Source: an uncultured Sulfurovum sp. (GTDB taxonomy: Bacteria; Campylobacterota; Campylobacteria; Campylobacterales; Sulfurovaceae). Taken from it: a stretch of 64,000 nucleotides of DNA. Shown here piece after piece: positions 1 through 11,059 of the stretch. Below the pieces are notes generated by a model, which saw only the letters and a program-made list of their open reading frames with translations, did not search any database and was not told where the DNA came from. Position 1 is the stretch's first letter. Every line of letters begins with the position of its first letter. The stretch is taken from the NCBI GenBank assembly GCA_964573285.1, contig CAZNJD010000005.1, positions 19,909 to 83,908 on the forward strand, written 5' to 3'. A program made the position numbers and the translations under genes.

Positions 1-651
1 AATAACTTTGACTCTAATACATATGGGGAAAACTCAGATGGATTTGTAGTCACAGCACATAAACGAGATGCTACACCATATTTAGGTAGAAAAAATATCT
101 TTATTAATTGTAGAAGTTGGGGCAATGGTGATGATGGATTTGACTGTTGGAATGCAGGAAATGGAGTTACTTTTATCAACTGTTTATCATATAATAATGG
201 ATATGACCATTGGCATAAGACCAAATTCAGAGGTAATGGAAATGGATTTAAACTTGGTATCCATAATAGATATGGTCACCCAAAAGATGCACATATACTT
301 ATACATTGTAAAGCATGGGGAAATGCTAGTAGAGGATTTGACTATAATGATAATAAAGTAGCCATGATACTATTTAGAAATATTTCATATAATAATAAAA
401 ATAGTGGATTTAAATTTTTAAAAACTGACCATAAGCTAATAGAAAATATTAATATTAAATCAGGAGCTAACTATTTAGATAGTAATATATATCAAGATAG
501 TAACTCATGGAATAAGCCAAACTACCCCATTCAAAAGGATATAATAAGCTTTGATGATAGCTCAATTAGAGATAAACGAGACCAAAATGGCTTATTTAAG
601 AGTAATGGATTTTTGGAACTTAATGAAAGTAGTAAGTTTTATAAAAAATAA
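1..651 (+). CDS. 5'-truncated right-handed beta-helix protein, polysaccharide lyase family 9 (PelL-like); the ORF track shows only its tail (364..651)
   Basis: Frame 1 is open from base 1: NNFDSNTYGENSDGF...NCRSWGNGDDGFDCW...GNGNGFKLG...CKAWGNASRGFDYN. These match the PL9 Ca-binding Asp motifs and the catalytic Lys motif GFKLG. Confidence 0.8.
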   Translation, partial: NNFDSNTYGENSDGFVVTAHKRDATPYLGRKNIFINCRSWGNGDDGFDCWNAGNGVTFINCLSYNNGYDHWHKTKFRGNGNGFKLGIHNRYGHPKDAHILIHCKAWGNASRGFDYNDNKVAMILFRNISYNNKNSGFKFLKTDHKLIENINIKSGANYLDSNIYQDSNSWNKPNYPIQKDIISFDDSSIRDKRDQNGLFKSNGFLELNESSKFYKK

Positions 652-729
652 TGTAGGTTATATTTACTTCTTGAAAGAGGCAGTTTTACGCTACAATTTG
701 ATAATTAAAATAGATTTTAGAGGTTAAAT

Positions 730-1764
730 TTGAAAAAAGCAATAATAACAGGAATTACAGGTCAAGATGGTGCTTATTTAGCAGAGTTACTTTTGAATAA
801 GGGTTATGAAATTTTTGGTACATATAGGAGAAGTGCATCTGTTAACTTTTGGAGGATAGAAGAGTTGGGAATTGAAAATCACCCTAATCTCCACTTGATA
901 GAGTATGATTTAACTGACCAGTCTAATAGTATTAGGATGGTTATGGATATAGAACCCGATGAGATATATAATCTAGCAGCTCAAAGTTTTGTAGGAGTCT
1001 CTTTTGAACAGCCTTTGACAACTGCACAGATTACAGGTTTAGGTGTTGTTCATCTTCTTGAAGCTATACGAATAGTAAATCCCAAAATTAAATTTTATCA
1101 AGCTAGTACATCTGAAATGTTTGGAGAGGTTCAAGAGATACCACAAAAAGAGAGTACACCATTTTATCCACGAAGTCCTTATGGAGTAGCTAAACTTTAT
1201 GCTCATTGGATGGTTATTAATTATAGAGAATCTTATAATATATTTGGATGCAGTGGAATACTATTTAACCATGAGAGTCCTCTTCGTGGAAAAGAGTTTG
1301 TAACTAGAAAAATCACTGATAGTGTTGCCAAAATTAAACTAGGTAAACTAGATTGTATTGAGCTTGGAAATATGGATGCTAAAAGGGATTGGGGCTTTGC
1401 TAAAGATTATGTAGAGGGTATGTATCTTATGCTCCAAGCTAAAAAGCCTGATATTTTTGTTTTAGCAACTAATAGAACCCAAACTGTTAGGGATTTTGTA
1501 ATTATGTCTTTTAGAGCTGTTGATATAGAGATTGAGTTTCAAGGAAAAGGTGAAGATGAGATTGCAATAGATAAAGCAACAGGGAAAACAGTTGTAAAAG
1601 TAAATCCTAAGTTTTATAGACCAGCAGAGGTTGAACTTCTTATTGGAAATCCTAAAAAAGCAAAAGAACAGTTGGGATGGAAGGCAAAAACTACCTTAGA
1701 AGAGCTTTGTAGTATGATGGTCAAAGAGGATTTAAGAAGGAATGAGCTTGGATTTAGTTTCTAA
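730..1764 (+). CDS. gmd: GDP-mannose 4,6-dehydratase
   Basis: [43 protein letters not shown] motifs; TTG start after GAGG. Confidence 0.97.
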   Translation: MKKAIITGITGQDGAYLAELLLNKGYEIFGTYRRSASVNFWRIEELGIENHPNLHLIEYDLTDQSNSIRMVMDIEPDEIYNLAAQSFVGVSFEQPLTTAQITGLGVVHLLEAIRIVNPKIKFYQASTSEMFGEVQEIPQKESTPFYPRSPYGVAKLYAHWMVINYRESYNIFGCSGILFNHESPLRGKEFVTRKITDSVAKIKLGKLDCIELGNMDAKRDWGFAKDYVEGMYLMLQAKKPDIFVLATNRTQTVRDFVIMSFRAVDIEIEFQGKGEDEIAIDKATGKTVVKVNPKFYRPAEVELLIGNPKKAKEQLGWKAKTTLEELCSMMVKEDLRRNELGFSF

Positions 1765-2617
1765 TAGGGTTTTAATTATTGGGATAGATAGTTTTACAGG
1801 GGTTCATCTCTCATCTTATCTAAAAAATAGTGGATATAATATATTTGGTACAAATAGAAAAAGTTGTGATATTACTAGAAAAGAGGATATTAGAAAAACC
1901 ATTCAAGAGATTAATCCAAATTATATTATACATTTAGCAGGTATCTCTTTTCCTGCTCATGGAGATAATGAGGATTTTTATAGAGTTAATACTATAGGAA
2001 GTATAAATATTTTAGATATTTTAGTAGAGCTAAATATTAAACCTAAAAAAATTATCTTATCTAGTAGTGCTACTATCTATGGAAACCAAGGTGTAGAGGT
2101 ACTTAATGAGTATTTATGTCCTAAACCTACTAATCATTATGGTGCGAGTAAATACTCTATGGAGGTTCTGGCACAAAATTATTTTAATAAATTAAATATC
2201 ATAATAACTAGACCATTTAATTATACAGGAGTTGGACAGAATAAAAATTTTCTTATCCCTAAAATAGTTAATCATTTTAGAGAAGCAAAAAGAATTATAG
2301 AGTTAGGTAATTTAGATATTAGTCGAGAATTTAATGATATTGGTTTCATTTGTGAATGTTATAAAAGGATTTTAGAGAGTAATATTAATAGTGAGACTAT
2401 AAATATCTGTTCAGGCAGAGGTATTAAACTTTTGGATGCTATAGAGATAATGAATGATATAGCAAAATATACTATAAAAGTAGAGATAAATCCAAATTTT
2501 GTAAGAAAAAATGATATGAAATCTCTAACAGGTTCACCTAAAAAGTTATTTTCTATAATTGATGAGGTTAAACAAAAAGAGTTTAGAGATACTCTAAGGG
2601 GTATGTTTGAAGCCTAA
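1742..2617 (+). CDS. NDP-sugar reductase, probably GDP-4-keto-6-deoxy-D-mannose reductase (Rmd-like, GDP-D-rhamnose synthesis)
   Basis: Extended SDR with [31 protein letters not shown]; overlaps the gmd stop. Confidence 0.8.
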   Translation: MSLDLVSNRVLIIGIDSFTGVHLSSYLKNSGYNIFGTNRKSCDITRKEDIRKTIQEINPNYIIHLAGISFPAHGDNEDFYRVNTIGSINILDILVELNIKPKKIILSSSATIYGNQGVEVLNEYLCPKPTNHYGASKYSMEVLAQNYFNKLNIIITRPFNYTGVGQNKNFLIPKIVNHFREAKRIIELGNLDISREFNDIGFICECYKRILESNINSETINICSGRGIKLLDAIEIMNDIAKYTIKVEINPNFVRKNDMKSLTGSPKKLFSIIDEVKQKEFRDTLRGMFEA

Positions 2618-3742
2618 AATAGTTATTGATACAGTATCACTACTCTCTCCACTTACAGGTATTGGAAAATACACTTATGAGGTATCTTCTATATTAAAAG
2701 AGATAAACTATTTTAATATAGAATATTTCTATGGATACTACTCAAAAGAGTTAATAGAACTAACTACGCATCAAGGTGTAAAAAATTTAAAATCAATTAT
2801 AAGTAAATTTCCATTTATCAAAAAGATAGCTAGAGAGATACTATTTATCTCTAGTAGAGCTTTTGCTACCGATTATGATGTTTATTGGCAACCTAATTTT
2901 ATACCAAATAGAGGTGTAAAAGCTAAAAAAATTGTTACTACCATTCATGATTTTTCATTTTTTTTACATAGAGATTTTCATCCCCAAGAGACACTAGAAT
3001 ATTTTGATAATAGTTTTTATAAAAATATCTATAGAAGTGATATGATAATCACAGGTTCAAGCTACACAAAACAAGAGATATTAGATAGATTAGATTTTCA
3101 AGAGGATAAAATTAGAGTGATATATCATGGAGTAAATCATCATCTATTTAAAATCTATAAAGATATAGAATTAGATTTTAAACTTCCACCTAAATTTATA
3201 CTATCTGTCGGAAGTATAGAACCGAGAAAAAATCTTCTAGGACTACTAAAAGCATATAATCTTTTAGATAAAAATATAAAAAATGAGTACAAATTAATAT
3301 TGGTAGGATTTAAAGGATGGGAGAACCAAGAGATTATGGAGATTATAAATCAAAATAGAGACTCTATTAGGTATCTAGGATTTATTAGCAATAGTGATTT
3401 AGCAAAAGTATATAACTTAGCCACATGTTTTGTATATCCATCTTTTTATGAAGGATTTGGATTACCAATAGTTGAAGCTATGGCTTGTGGAACTGCTGTT
3501 GTATCTTCTAACTCTTCATCTCTTCCTGAAGTTGGTGGTGATGCTGTTTTGTATTGTAATCCCCATAATATAAATGAAATTAAACAAATGATAGAAAAAC
3601 TCTTATCAGACAAATCTCTAAGAGAAAAGATGATTAAAAAAGGACTAAAACAGGCTCAACTCTTTAGTTTAGTTGGGATAAATCAGCAAAGGAACATTTA
3701 GAAGTTTTTAAAGAGATATTAATAAATAGAAGTATTTTCTAG
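2607..3742 (+). CDS. GT4 glycosyltransferase (mannosyl/rhamnosyltransferase-like) with a C-terminal frameshift; the present ORF stops at 3701, the restored frame at 3742
   Basis: TGIGKY, TIHD, VGSIEPRKNL, PSFYEGFGLPIVEAMACG. Removing one TTAGT copy at 3664-3673 restores ...LFSWDKSAKEHLEVFKEILINRSIF*. Confidence 0.85.
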
Positions 3743-4395
3743 GAATTTTCTGCTCCTACGATAAAACTATGACCCGTTTCTGCTTCTATAGTAATAGTAA
3801 AACTATCATTAACTCCATCATTATCTTGGTCTGTTGACATTTGAAATGTCATATTACAATCTGTTGTCATTATATTTTGGAAATAAGGTTGATTATAATT
3901 ACCATGGTGAGGTCTTCCTAAATAATCAAAGGCAATATATCGTCCACTAGCACTACATCCTCCACTTCTAATAACACTCTTAACTCCAGCTTTTCTTAAT
4001 ATAGATACATTAGGACTCTCATCTGCTGCTAAATCACTACAGTTACCATTTGTAAAGAGATATTTGCCATTAGCAGGGTCAATAGCTGATTCTGATTTAT
4101 TAATACTTCCAAGTCTGTTTACATCTGAACCAACACGACTACTTAGGAAAGGGACACCACTACATTTTCTATATTCAAATCGCCAATATGCCTTTTGCCA
4201 ATTATCAGGACTATTTGGCAGATGCTTATTATCATTTAGAGCCAACTGTTGTGCTAATCGTATTTGAGACAAAATAGTATCACTTGCCTCCTGCTTTAAA
4301 TCTCTATCTATACTATCCATAGCAATTGAAGCTAAGATACCCAAAACAATAATAACAAAAACAAGCTCAATCATAGTAAATGCTGATTTTTTCAT
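3739..4395 (-). CDS. Prepilin-type N-terminal cleavage/methylation domain protein (pilin or pseudopilin)
   Basis: MKKSA/FTMIELVFVIIVLGILASIA class III signal with Glu5. Confidence 0.88.
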   Translation of the reverse strand: MKKSAFTMIELVFVIIVLGILASIAMDSIDRDLKQEASDTILSQIRLAQQLALNDNKHLPNSPDNWQKAYWRFEYRKCSGVPFLSSRVGSDVNRLGSINKSESAIDPANGKYLFTNGNCSDLAADESPNVSILRKAGVKSVIRSGGCSASGRYIAFDYLGRPHHGNYNQPYFQNIMTTDCNMTFQMSTDQDNDGVNDSFTITIEAETGHSFIVGAENS

Positions 4396-4480
4396 AAATA
4401 AGAACCTTGGTATAATTTAATTTTATAAATTATACCATAGGTTTAAGAAGATTTTAATTATTTAAATTAAAATATTTGGA

Positions 4481-6298
4481 CTAAATCTCATCAGCCTCTT
4501 GAACATCATATAAAATATCATCCATTGGATGGCGATACATAGGCATAGCTAATCTTTTTTCATCTAGGACATGACCAATAAATCCGATTGAACGACCAAC
4601 AATAAAGAATGCATTCAGAGTTCCACTTTCAATAAACTCATTAATTTCTTCTTCTGGATAACCTAAAGCTCTCCACATATCAACCATTAAGATACCAATA
4701 GTTCCATCAACATTAAGAATTAAGTTCTCTTTTTTAGATGTTGTCAACGCCTCAACTGTTCTTGCATAATCAAGTAGTGGTGTTGATGGGAAATTATCTT
4801 TTGCAAAATTCATAAGACCTGTAACTCTTAGGTCTGGATTTTTAAGTGACTTAATTCTATGTCCGATACCTGGAATTGGTACACCCTCACCTTTCATATA
4901 TTTTAAAAATTCTGTAGGTGTTAAACTATTATCATCAGCATATTTGAAATATTTAGCTGCACCATCAATAGCACCACCAAATCTAGGTCCAATAGTTAGA
5001 AGTCCTGTTACAAGTGACTCGACAACACTCTTACCTGCTCTTGCTGTTACTTTTGCATTATGCGCTCCACTTACTGCTGGTCCATGGTCTGCAACGGTTT
5101 TAATAACTGTTTCGATAAACTCTGTAGCCCATTTTGGATACTGTTTTTTGAACCATAAAAGTGAAATAACATCACCAATACCTTTTCCTGTATCAGGTGT
5201 TGCTACACTTGATATTGGGAAACCTGCATATGTTGCCTCTTCTCCTCTATCATCAGAAATTGTACAGATAAACTGTTTACTTCTTCTAACTTTTGGAATA
5301 ATTTTAAGTTCAGGCTCTACAATCTCACCAATTATACCTTCTTCTTTTAATCTTCCAAATACATCTGCAATAGTTGCTGGTAAAGCATTAAATGATTCAG
5401 GTACATAAATTCCTGCTTCAGCCATTGCTTTATTTTTATAAGCAGCTGTTTCAGCATCTGCATTAGCACTAGCACCTGCATGACCAAACTGTACTCCACT
5501 ACTGAAGTGTTTTGCAATTGTACCAATACACCAAGCAATAACTGGTTTAGTAATTCTACCATCTTTAATAGCTTCGATTATTTTATACTCTTCTGTACCA
5601 CCAACTTCACCAAGAAGTATCATATATTTTACATCTGGGTTCTCTTGCATTCGTAACATATTATCAATAAATACAGAACCTACAAATCTATCTCCACCAA
5701 TAGCAACACCCTCTGCAATACCATCAGCATTAATAGCGATAATATTACTCAACTCATTAAATAGACCACCTGAACGAGTCACAAGTCCACATGAACCTGC
5801 ACGATGGAGTTTAGAATTTATGATATTTTCAATAGTTCCACCAATATTAGCGATTTTAAATGCACCTGGAGCAATAGCACCAACAGTAGCAGGTCCAATT
5901 ACGGTAACTCCTGCATCTCTAGCTGCTTGGTTCATAACTCTAGCAAGTCTCTCAGGAATACCCTCTGCTGTTACCATAATTGAACGGAATTGTCCTTTAA
6001 TAGCGATAGCTTCCATAACAACATCATAAGCTGTTCTAAATGATGCAAAATTCAATAAAACATCTGCTTGAGGCTGTTCTGCTACTGCATCAGCTGTTGT
6101 TTTATAAAGAGGAACCATAATTTCATCTGATCCATAAAAAAACTTCTCAAATTTATTTCCACTTGTTGGTGCTACAATTCCTGCAACTGATGGTTTATCT
6201 CTACCAATAGTATAGTCATAATCTAACATTCTTTGGATAGCTGTTTTGTTGTTATTCCAAAAAATTGCTTGTGTATCTTTAGTATATAATTTACTCAT
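4481..6298 (-). CDS. aclA: ATP citrate lyase large (alpha) subunit
   Basis: CoA-binding and ligase domains (IGPATVG, phospho-His in QFGHAGA) plus citrate synthase-like domain (ADHGPAVSGAHN, PGIGHR, LNVDG). Confidence 0.96.
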   Translation of the reverse strand: MSKLYTKDTQAIFWNNNKTAIQRMLDYDYTIGRDKPSVAGIVAPTSGNKFEKFFYGSDEIMVPLYKTTADAVAEQPQADVLLNFASFRTAYDVVMEAIAIKGQFRSIMVTAEGIPERLARVMNQAARDAGVTVIGPATVGAIAPGAFKIANIGGTIENIINSKLHRAGSCGLVTRSGGLFNELSNIIAINADGIAEGVAIGGDRFVGSVFIDNMLRMQENPDVKYMILLGEVGGTEEYKIIEAIKDGRITKPVIAWCIGTIAKHFSSGVQFGHAGASANADAETAAYKNKAMAEAGIYVPESFNALPATIADVFGRLKEEGIIGEIVEPELKIIPKVRRSKQFICTISDDRGEEATYAGFPISSVATPDTGKGIGDVISLLWFKKQYPKWATEFIETVIKTVADHGPAVSGAHNAKVTARAGKSVVESLVTGLLTIGPRFGGAIDGAAKYFKYADDNSLTPTEFLKYMKGEGVPIPGIGHRIKSLKNPDLRVTGLMNFAKDNFPSTPLLDYARTVEALTTSKKENLILNVDGTIGILMVDMWRALGYPEEEINEFIESGTLNAFFIVGRSIGFIGHVLDEKRLAMPMYRHPMDDILYDVQEADEI

Positions 6299-6313
6299 CT
6301 GCTTCTCCTGCCC

Positions 6314-7624
6314 TTACTTCTCTAATGCCATTCTAACAATGTCAGTGACATGTGTCTCTGGTCCATAAACATGAATATCAAGACCTAATCTATCTGCTGC
6401 TTCTTTAATATCTTTTAAACCTTTTTCATAATTTGGTCCACCTCTTCTTACATAAATAACTGTTTTATGTGCTTTTAACTTATCTGCATAAATTTCAAAT
6501 GCTTGGATAATACCTGTAAATGTTTTAGCTACATCTGTAAAGTTTGCAATAGCACCACCAATGATAAGTACTTTTCCTCTAGGGTCATCATATCTTGTCA
6601 TAAGGTCAAAGATAGTCTCTGCATAAAATTTAGTCTCACCTGTTGTTGGACCTCCACTATACTCACCATAGTTTGCCAAATCTTCAACACCTGCAAAATC
6701 AGCAATAGTATCAGCATAAACAACTGATGCACCACCACCTGCAACCATTGTCCAAATTCGACCAGTTGGGTTAAGAATAGTTAACTTCAATGAAGCACCT
6801 GACTTACTATCAGCTTCTGCAATAGCTTTCTCTTCAACTGATTGGTCTTCCATACCAAATGATGTTGGAAATTCTATATCACCCCAAGCATCTCTCATCA
6901 TAAATCCTGCAGTATCATCAAGTCGTGCCACAAGGTCAAGAATAGCCATCTCACCATTATCAAGCATAACTATTGGATTGATTTCAAGATATGCGAAATT
7001 CATATCTCTATAGAATTTAAAAAATTGAATAGCAAATGATGCAAATGCTGTTTTGTTAGTATCTGGAATATCAGTAGGAATATGTGCTTTTACCACTTTT
7101 TCCATATCAGCATCTGACATATTAATTGGAATATGAACCTCATTAACTTTATCATCCCAACCCTCTTCAACTTCCATGCCGCCTTCTGCTGACATGAAAA
7201 GGACATCATCTTCACCAACAGTTGTTGCAGAGATATAATACTCTTGTTCTTGTGTATGAGGAGTAAATGGCTCAATAATAAAATGTGTTAAATGACCTTT
7301 TTCTCCAGAAAGAAGTGTTACCTCATGTGACTGTTTTTCATCAATCCAATTTGCAGCCTCTTCTAAAGTAACATCACCTGGTTTGGTTGTTCTAAACAAA
7401 ACAAGGTCATTTTTACCTCTTTTCCCAAATAACATATCAGGCTTAGCAACCAAAGCTTCTTGATTTAGCCATTCAAAGCCATGTTCTTTTGCTTTTTCTC
7501 TTAATTCATCTCCACTAGTAACCAATACTGATTTAAATCCATAATGAAAACCATCAAAATATTCGTTCCAATGTCTGGCAAATATTGCTTTACCATCATA
7601 TTCTCTAATCGCTTTTTGAGCCAT
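6314..7624 (-). CDS. aclB: ATP citrate lyase small (beta) subunit
   Basis: MAQKAIREYDGK, KPDMLFGKRGK ATP-grasp, VAGGGASV, ANYGEYSG, IANFTDV, RRGGPNY. Confidence 0.96.
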   Translation of the reverse strand: MAQKAIREYDGKAIFARHWNEYFDGFHYGFKSVLVTSGDELREKAKEHGFEWLNQEALVAKPDMLFGKRGKNDLVLFRTTKPGDVTLEEAANWIDEKQSHEVTLLSGEKGHLTHFIIEPFTPHTQEQEYYISATTVGEDDVLFMSAEGGMEVEEGWDDKVNEVHIPINMSDADMEKVVKAHIPTDIPDTNKTAFASFAIQFFKFYRDMNFAYLEINPIVMLDNGEMAILDLVARLDDTAGFMMRDAWGDIEFPTSFGMEDQSVEEKAIAEADSKSGASLKLTILNPTGRIWTMVAGGGASVVYADTIADFAGVEDLANYGEYSGGPTTGETKFYAETIFDLMTRYDDPRGKVLIIGGAIANFTDVAKTFTGIIQAFEIYADKLKAHKTVIYVRRGGPNYEKGLKDIKEAADRLGLDIHVYGPETHVTDIVRMALEK

Positions 7625-7715
7625 TGAGTTCTCCTTTATTGAATGTGTTGCGTAATTCTACCATTAGGTGAGTATATTTTATATTTTTGATACGAATTGT
7701 CACTATAAGTTTTAT

Positions 7716-8825
7716 TTAATTGTGTATTTTAGGAACATCTATATCTTTGCACTCATCTATCCCATAATATTTTAATTGATACTGCATTTTTTCGCGTTTT
7801 GCAGTGTAACAATTTTGCCCTATTTGGGATAATTTTAATTTCATCCAATATGGTTTATAGAATGGATAAGCAAAATGTTCTGTTTTGTCTTTAAGTAGAA
7901 AAAAAAGAGGTTTATGAAATACAATAATCAAAGAGCTAAAGAGTAATGAACCCATAACAATTTTATACCCCGATCTATAACCTTTTTGAAATTGAGGTAA
8001 CCTAACTAATAGAGTTTTATGATATATAACTAACATTAAAACAACAGCTACGATAACATAAGGAGCAAAATCTGTCATAATAACCCTTTGACGCAAAGAG
8101 AGTAGAACAGAGAGAATAAATGCAGTAAAAGATATGTACCATAATATATCCTTTTTCTCACGAAGCCATATTCGATATAGTGCATAAAAAAAGTAGATAA
8201 ATACCAAAGGAGAAAAAAGAGCTACATAGAGTCCCAAAAGCTCCAAAAATTTACCTTTTGGTTTACCTCCAATATCTAATCCATTAAAATACAATAAGCT
8301 AATAGCCGTAAATATTATAGATATAGCAAATAGTTTACTATCTCGTTTAAATGCAAAATAAAGAGATAAAGAGATAAAGAAGATAATAGAAGCATCATGA
8401 ACAAACAGAAGTAGAAGCATAACAACTCCCTCCCCTACTATCTGTTTTTTATTATGTAATATAATAAACACCAAAACCAATGTAATAACAAACACAGCAA
8501 TATTAACTATCACTGATGCTGTAATAATACCAGGTAATAGTGCAAAAATTGTTGTAGCCAGATAACTATCATCATCTCTCTTAAAATATATTTTACTCAT
8601 TAAAAAAAAGAGATATATATTCAAAAGACCAAATAATAAAAAAGGTAAACGAAAATCCAATCCATTATTGAAATATCCTTCAAATAAATGAGTAGCATAG
8701 TGTAATAATTTAGTATCAGTATAAAAAACTTTTGCTTCATTTGGACCAATAGGCAACTCTATGGCTAAATAAAATAGTGCTATTACATACAAGAATATAA
8801 ATAGATAGAATTGTCTATTTGTCAT
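7716..8825 (-). CDS. Polytopic membrane protein, GT-C/PMT-like glycosyltransferase fold
   Basis: About 10 hydrophobic segments; FRLPFL and IFALLPG patterns typical of PMT_2/ArnT-like proteins. Confidence 0.55.
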   Translation of the reverse strand: MTNRQFYLFIFLYVIALFYLAIELPIGPNEAKVFYTDTKLLHYATHLFEGYFNNGLDFRLPFLLFGLLNIYLFFLMSKIYFKRDDDSYLATTIFALLPGIITASVIVNIAVFVITLVLVFIILHNKKQIVGEGVVMLLLLFVHDASIIFFISLSLYFAFKRDSKLFAISIIFTAISLLYFNGLDIGGKPKGKFLELLGLYVALFSPLVFIYFFYALYRIWLREKKDILWYISFTAFILSVLLSLRQRVIMTDFAPYVIVAVVLMLVIYHKTLLVRLPQFQKGYRSGYKIVMGSLLFSSLIIVFHKPLFFLLKDKTEHFAYPFYKPYWMKLKLSQIGQNCYTAKREKMQYQLKYYGIDECKDIDVPKIHN

Positions 8826-8927
8826 ATTTGACCTTTGATATTTAAAATAAAAAGCATTTTAACACAAATTTAAAAAAAATGTGATACTATTTTTAGAATT
8901 TTTCATAAGTTATCCCTAAGGTTTTTA

Positions 8928-9530
8928 ATGTTCAAAACAACAGAGTACATATTTTTTATACTAACAGTTATTATAACTATTCTATTATACCAATTTGCAG
9001 ATAAGCAGATTGCTACATATTTTTATACACTACCTCATCATGGGATTAAAGAGTTTTTTCATTTTATGACTAGATTTGGCAAAAGTGAATGGTATCTTAT
9101 CCCATCTATTTTACTATTTTGGTATTTTAGAAAAAAAGAGCAGAGAAGATATGCCTCTATGGCTCTATATATCTTTATGACAAATATTATAGCAGGAGTT
9201 GTTGTTTGGTTTATCAAAGTTCCTTTTGGACGGATGCGACCTGAATTCTATCTAAAAGATAATCTATATGGTTTTGAGTGGTTTGAAATAAATCATAAAA
9301 TAACCTCTTTTCCATCAGGACATACAATTACTGCTATATCAACTGCCGTTGGATTGAGTCTGCTTTTTCCAAAATATAAGTATATCTTTATCTCTTTTGG
9401 TATTATAGTAGCACTAAGTAGAGTTGTAGGAACAGAACACTTTATGAGTGATGTTGTTTTTGCCTCTTTTTTGGGGACTATGGTAGCTACTCTTTTATAT
9501 CCATATTATTTGAAAAAGGAGTCATTATGA
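8928..9530 (+). CDS. PAP2 family phosphatase (lipid A phosphatase LpxE/LpxF-like or undecaprenyl-PP phosphatase)
   Basis: KxxxxxxRP (KVPFGRMRP), SFPSGH and SRxxxxxHxxxD (SRVVGTEHFMSD) motifs. Confidence 0.9.
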   Translation: MFKTTEYIFFILTVIITILLYQFADKQIATYFYTLPHHGIKEFFHFMTRFGKSEWYLIPSILLFWYFRKKEQRRYASMALYIFMTNIIAGVVVWFIKVPFGRMRPEFYLKDNLYGFEWFEINHKITSFPSGHTITAISTAVGLSLLFPKYKYIFISFGIIVALSRVVGTEHFMSDVVFASFLGTMVATLLYPYYLKKESL

Positions 9531-11059
9531 ATGTTGATATAGAAAAAAAGGCTATTCCTATTTTACTATTTTTTATACTTATAGCTTTCTTTATTCCACT
9601 ATCTCTAGCTCCTCTATTTGACCTTGATGAGGGTGCATTTAGTGAAGCAACTAGAGAGATGTTGGTAGGTAAAGATTATATAACCACTTATCTAAATGGA
9701 GAGTTACGATTTGATAAACCTATCCTAATCTATTGGTTTCAACTCTTAAGTATTAAAACATTTGGACTAAATGAGTTTGCACTTAGATTTCCATCAGCTA
9801 TTGCAGGAGCTTTCTGGGCTGGAGGTATTTATCTTTTTAGCAAAAAACTATTTAATATCAAAATAGCATTTTTTGCCACTCTATTTATGATTAGCTCACT
9901 ACAGATAAATATGATTGCCAAAGCATCAATTGCTGACTCACTACTCAATCTATGTATAGCTCTATCTATGTTTGGGATATATCTATTTTTCCATAATAGA
10001 GAGAATAGATATGTATATTGGACATTTCTATTTATAGCCCTTGGGACATTAACCAAAGGACCTATCGCTATTATGATACCTCTTATAGTTAGTCTGATAC
10101 TCTTTATCACTAAAAAAGAGTTTAAACTATGGCTCAAAATGGTTTTTAACCCTATAGGTATTTTAATCTTTTTAGTTGTTGCCCTACCTTGGTATATAGC
10201 TGAATATATAGCACAAGGAGAACTATTTATTGATGGCTTTTTCTTTAAACATAACCTAAGCCGTTTTAGCTCTCCAATGGAAGCACATAGTGGAAGTATA
10301 TTTTATTTTATACCTGTACTTATTGTTGGTATGATGCCTTTTACCTATTTTGTTATCAAAGCTATTAGTAGAGTAAAAAGCTATATAAAAGATGATTTAA
10401 AGCTATATTTATTTATATGGTTTGCTTTTGTATTTATATTTTTCTCTTTTTCTGGAACGAAACTACCTCACTATATAATATATGGTTATACTCCTATGTT
10501 TATTTTATCTGCTTTATATATAAATAATTTTAATAAAAAATGGTTGATATATCCACTTATAGGTTTTTTGATACTCTTGCTATTTTTACCTGATATTGCC
10601 ACCATATTACAAGAGTCTATAAGAGATAAATTAGCTGTGATACTTATCCAAACTGCTTATAATACATTTGATATATGGTATAGAGTATCAATTATACTAC
10701 TAATTATATTTCTAATTTGGGTCTATAGAAAAGTAAAATCCAATGATACTATACTCCTATTAGTGGCTCTATCTATGATAATTATAGTCAATTATATTAC
10801 TATACCAACTTATGGAAAACTAATGCAACAACCTATCAAAGAGGCAGGACTATTAGCCAAAAATAGAGGATATAAAGATATAATTTCATATAAAGTAAAT
10901 ACTCCATCATTTAATGTATATTATGAGGGTTTAGTCTCTAAAGCCAAACCCCAAATAGGAGATATAGTATTTACCAAAGTTCCAAAACTAAAAGATTTCA
11001 AAGCATACCAAACACTCTATAGAAAAAATGGATTTGCACTAATAAAGGTAGAAAAATAA
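9527..11059 (+). CDS. ArnT/GT83 family lipid-linked sugar transferase
   Basis: DLDEGAFSEATREM, RFDKPILIYW, ALRFPSA, LTKGP, TKLPHY; many TM helices. Confidence 0.88.
   Translation: MNVDIEKKAIPILLFFILIAFFIPLSLAPLFDLDEGAFSEATREMLVGKDYITTYLNGELRFDKPILIYWFQLLSIKTFGLNEFALRFPSAIAGAFWAGGIYLFSKKLFNIKIAFFATLFMISSLQINMIAKASIADSLLNLCIALSMFGIYLFFHNRENRYVYWTFLFIALGTLTKGPIAIMIPLIVSLILFITKKEFKLWLKMVFNPIGILIFLVVALPWYIAEYIAQGELFIDGFFFKHNLSRFSSPMEAHSGSIFYFIPVLIVGMMPFTYFVIKAISRVKSYIKDDLKLYLFIWFAFVFIFFSFSGTKLPHYIIYGYTPMFILSALYINNFNKKWLIYPLIGFLILLLFLPDIATILQESIRDKLAVILIQTAYNTFDIWYRVSIILLIIFLIWVYRKVKSNDTILLLVALSMIIIVNYITIPTYGKLMQQPIKEAGLLAKNRGYKDIISYKVNTPSFNVYYEGLVSKAKPQIGDIVFTKVPKLKDFKAYQTLYRKNGFALIKVEK

Noticed and set aside
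125..361. 78-aa ORF in the track
   Set aside because: Alternative frame inside the PL9 gene, which is open in frame 1
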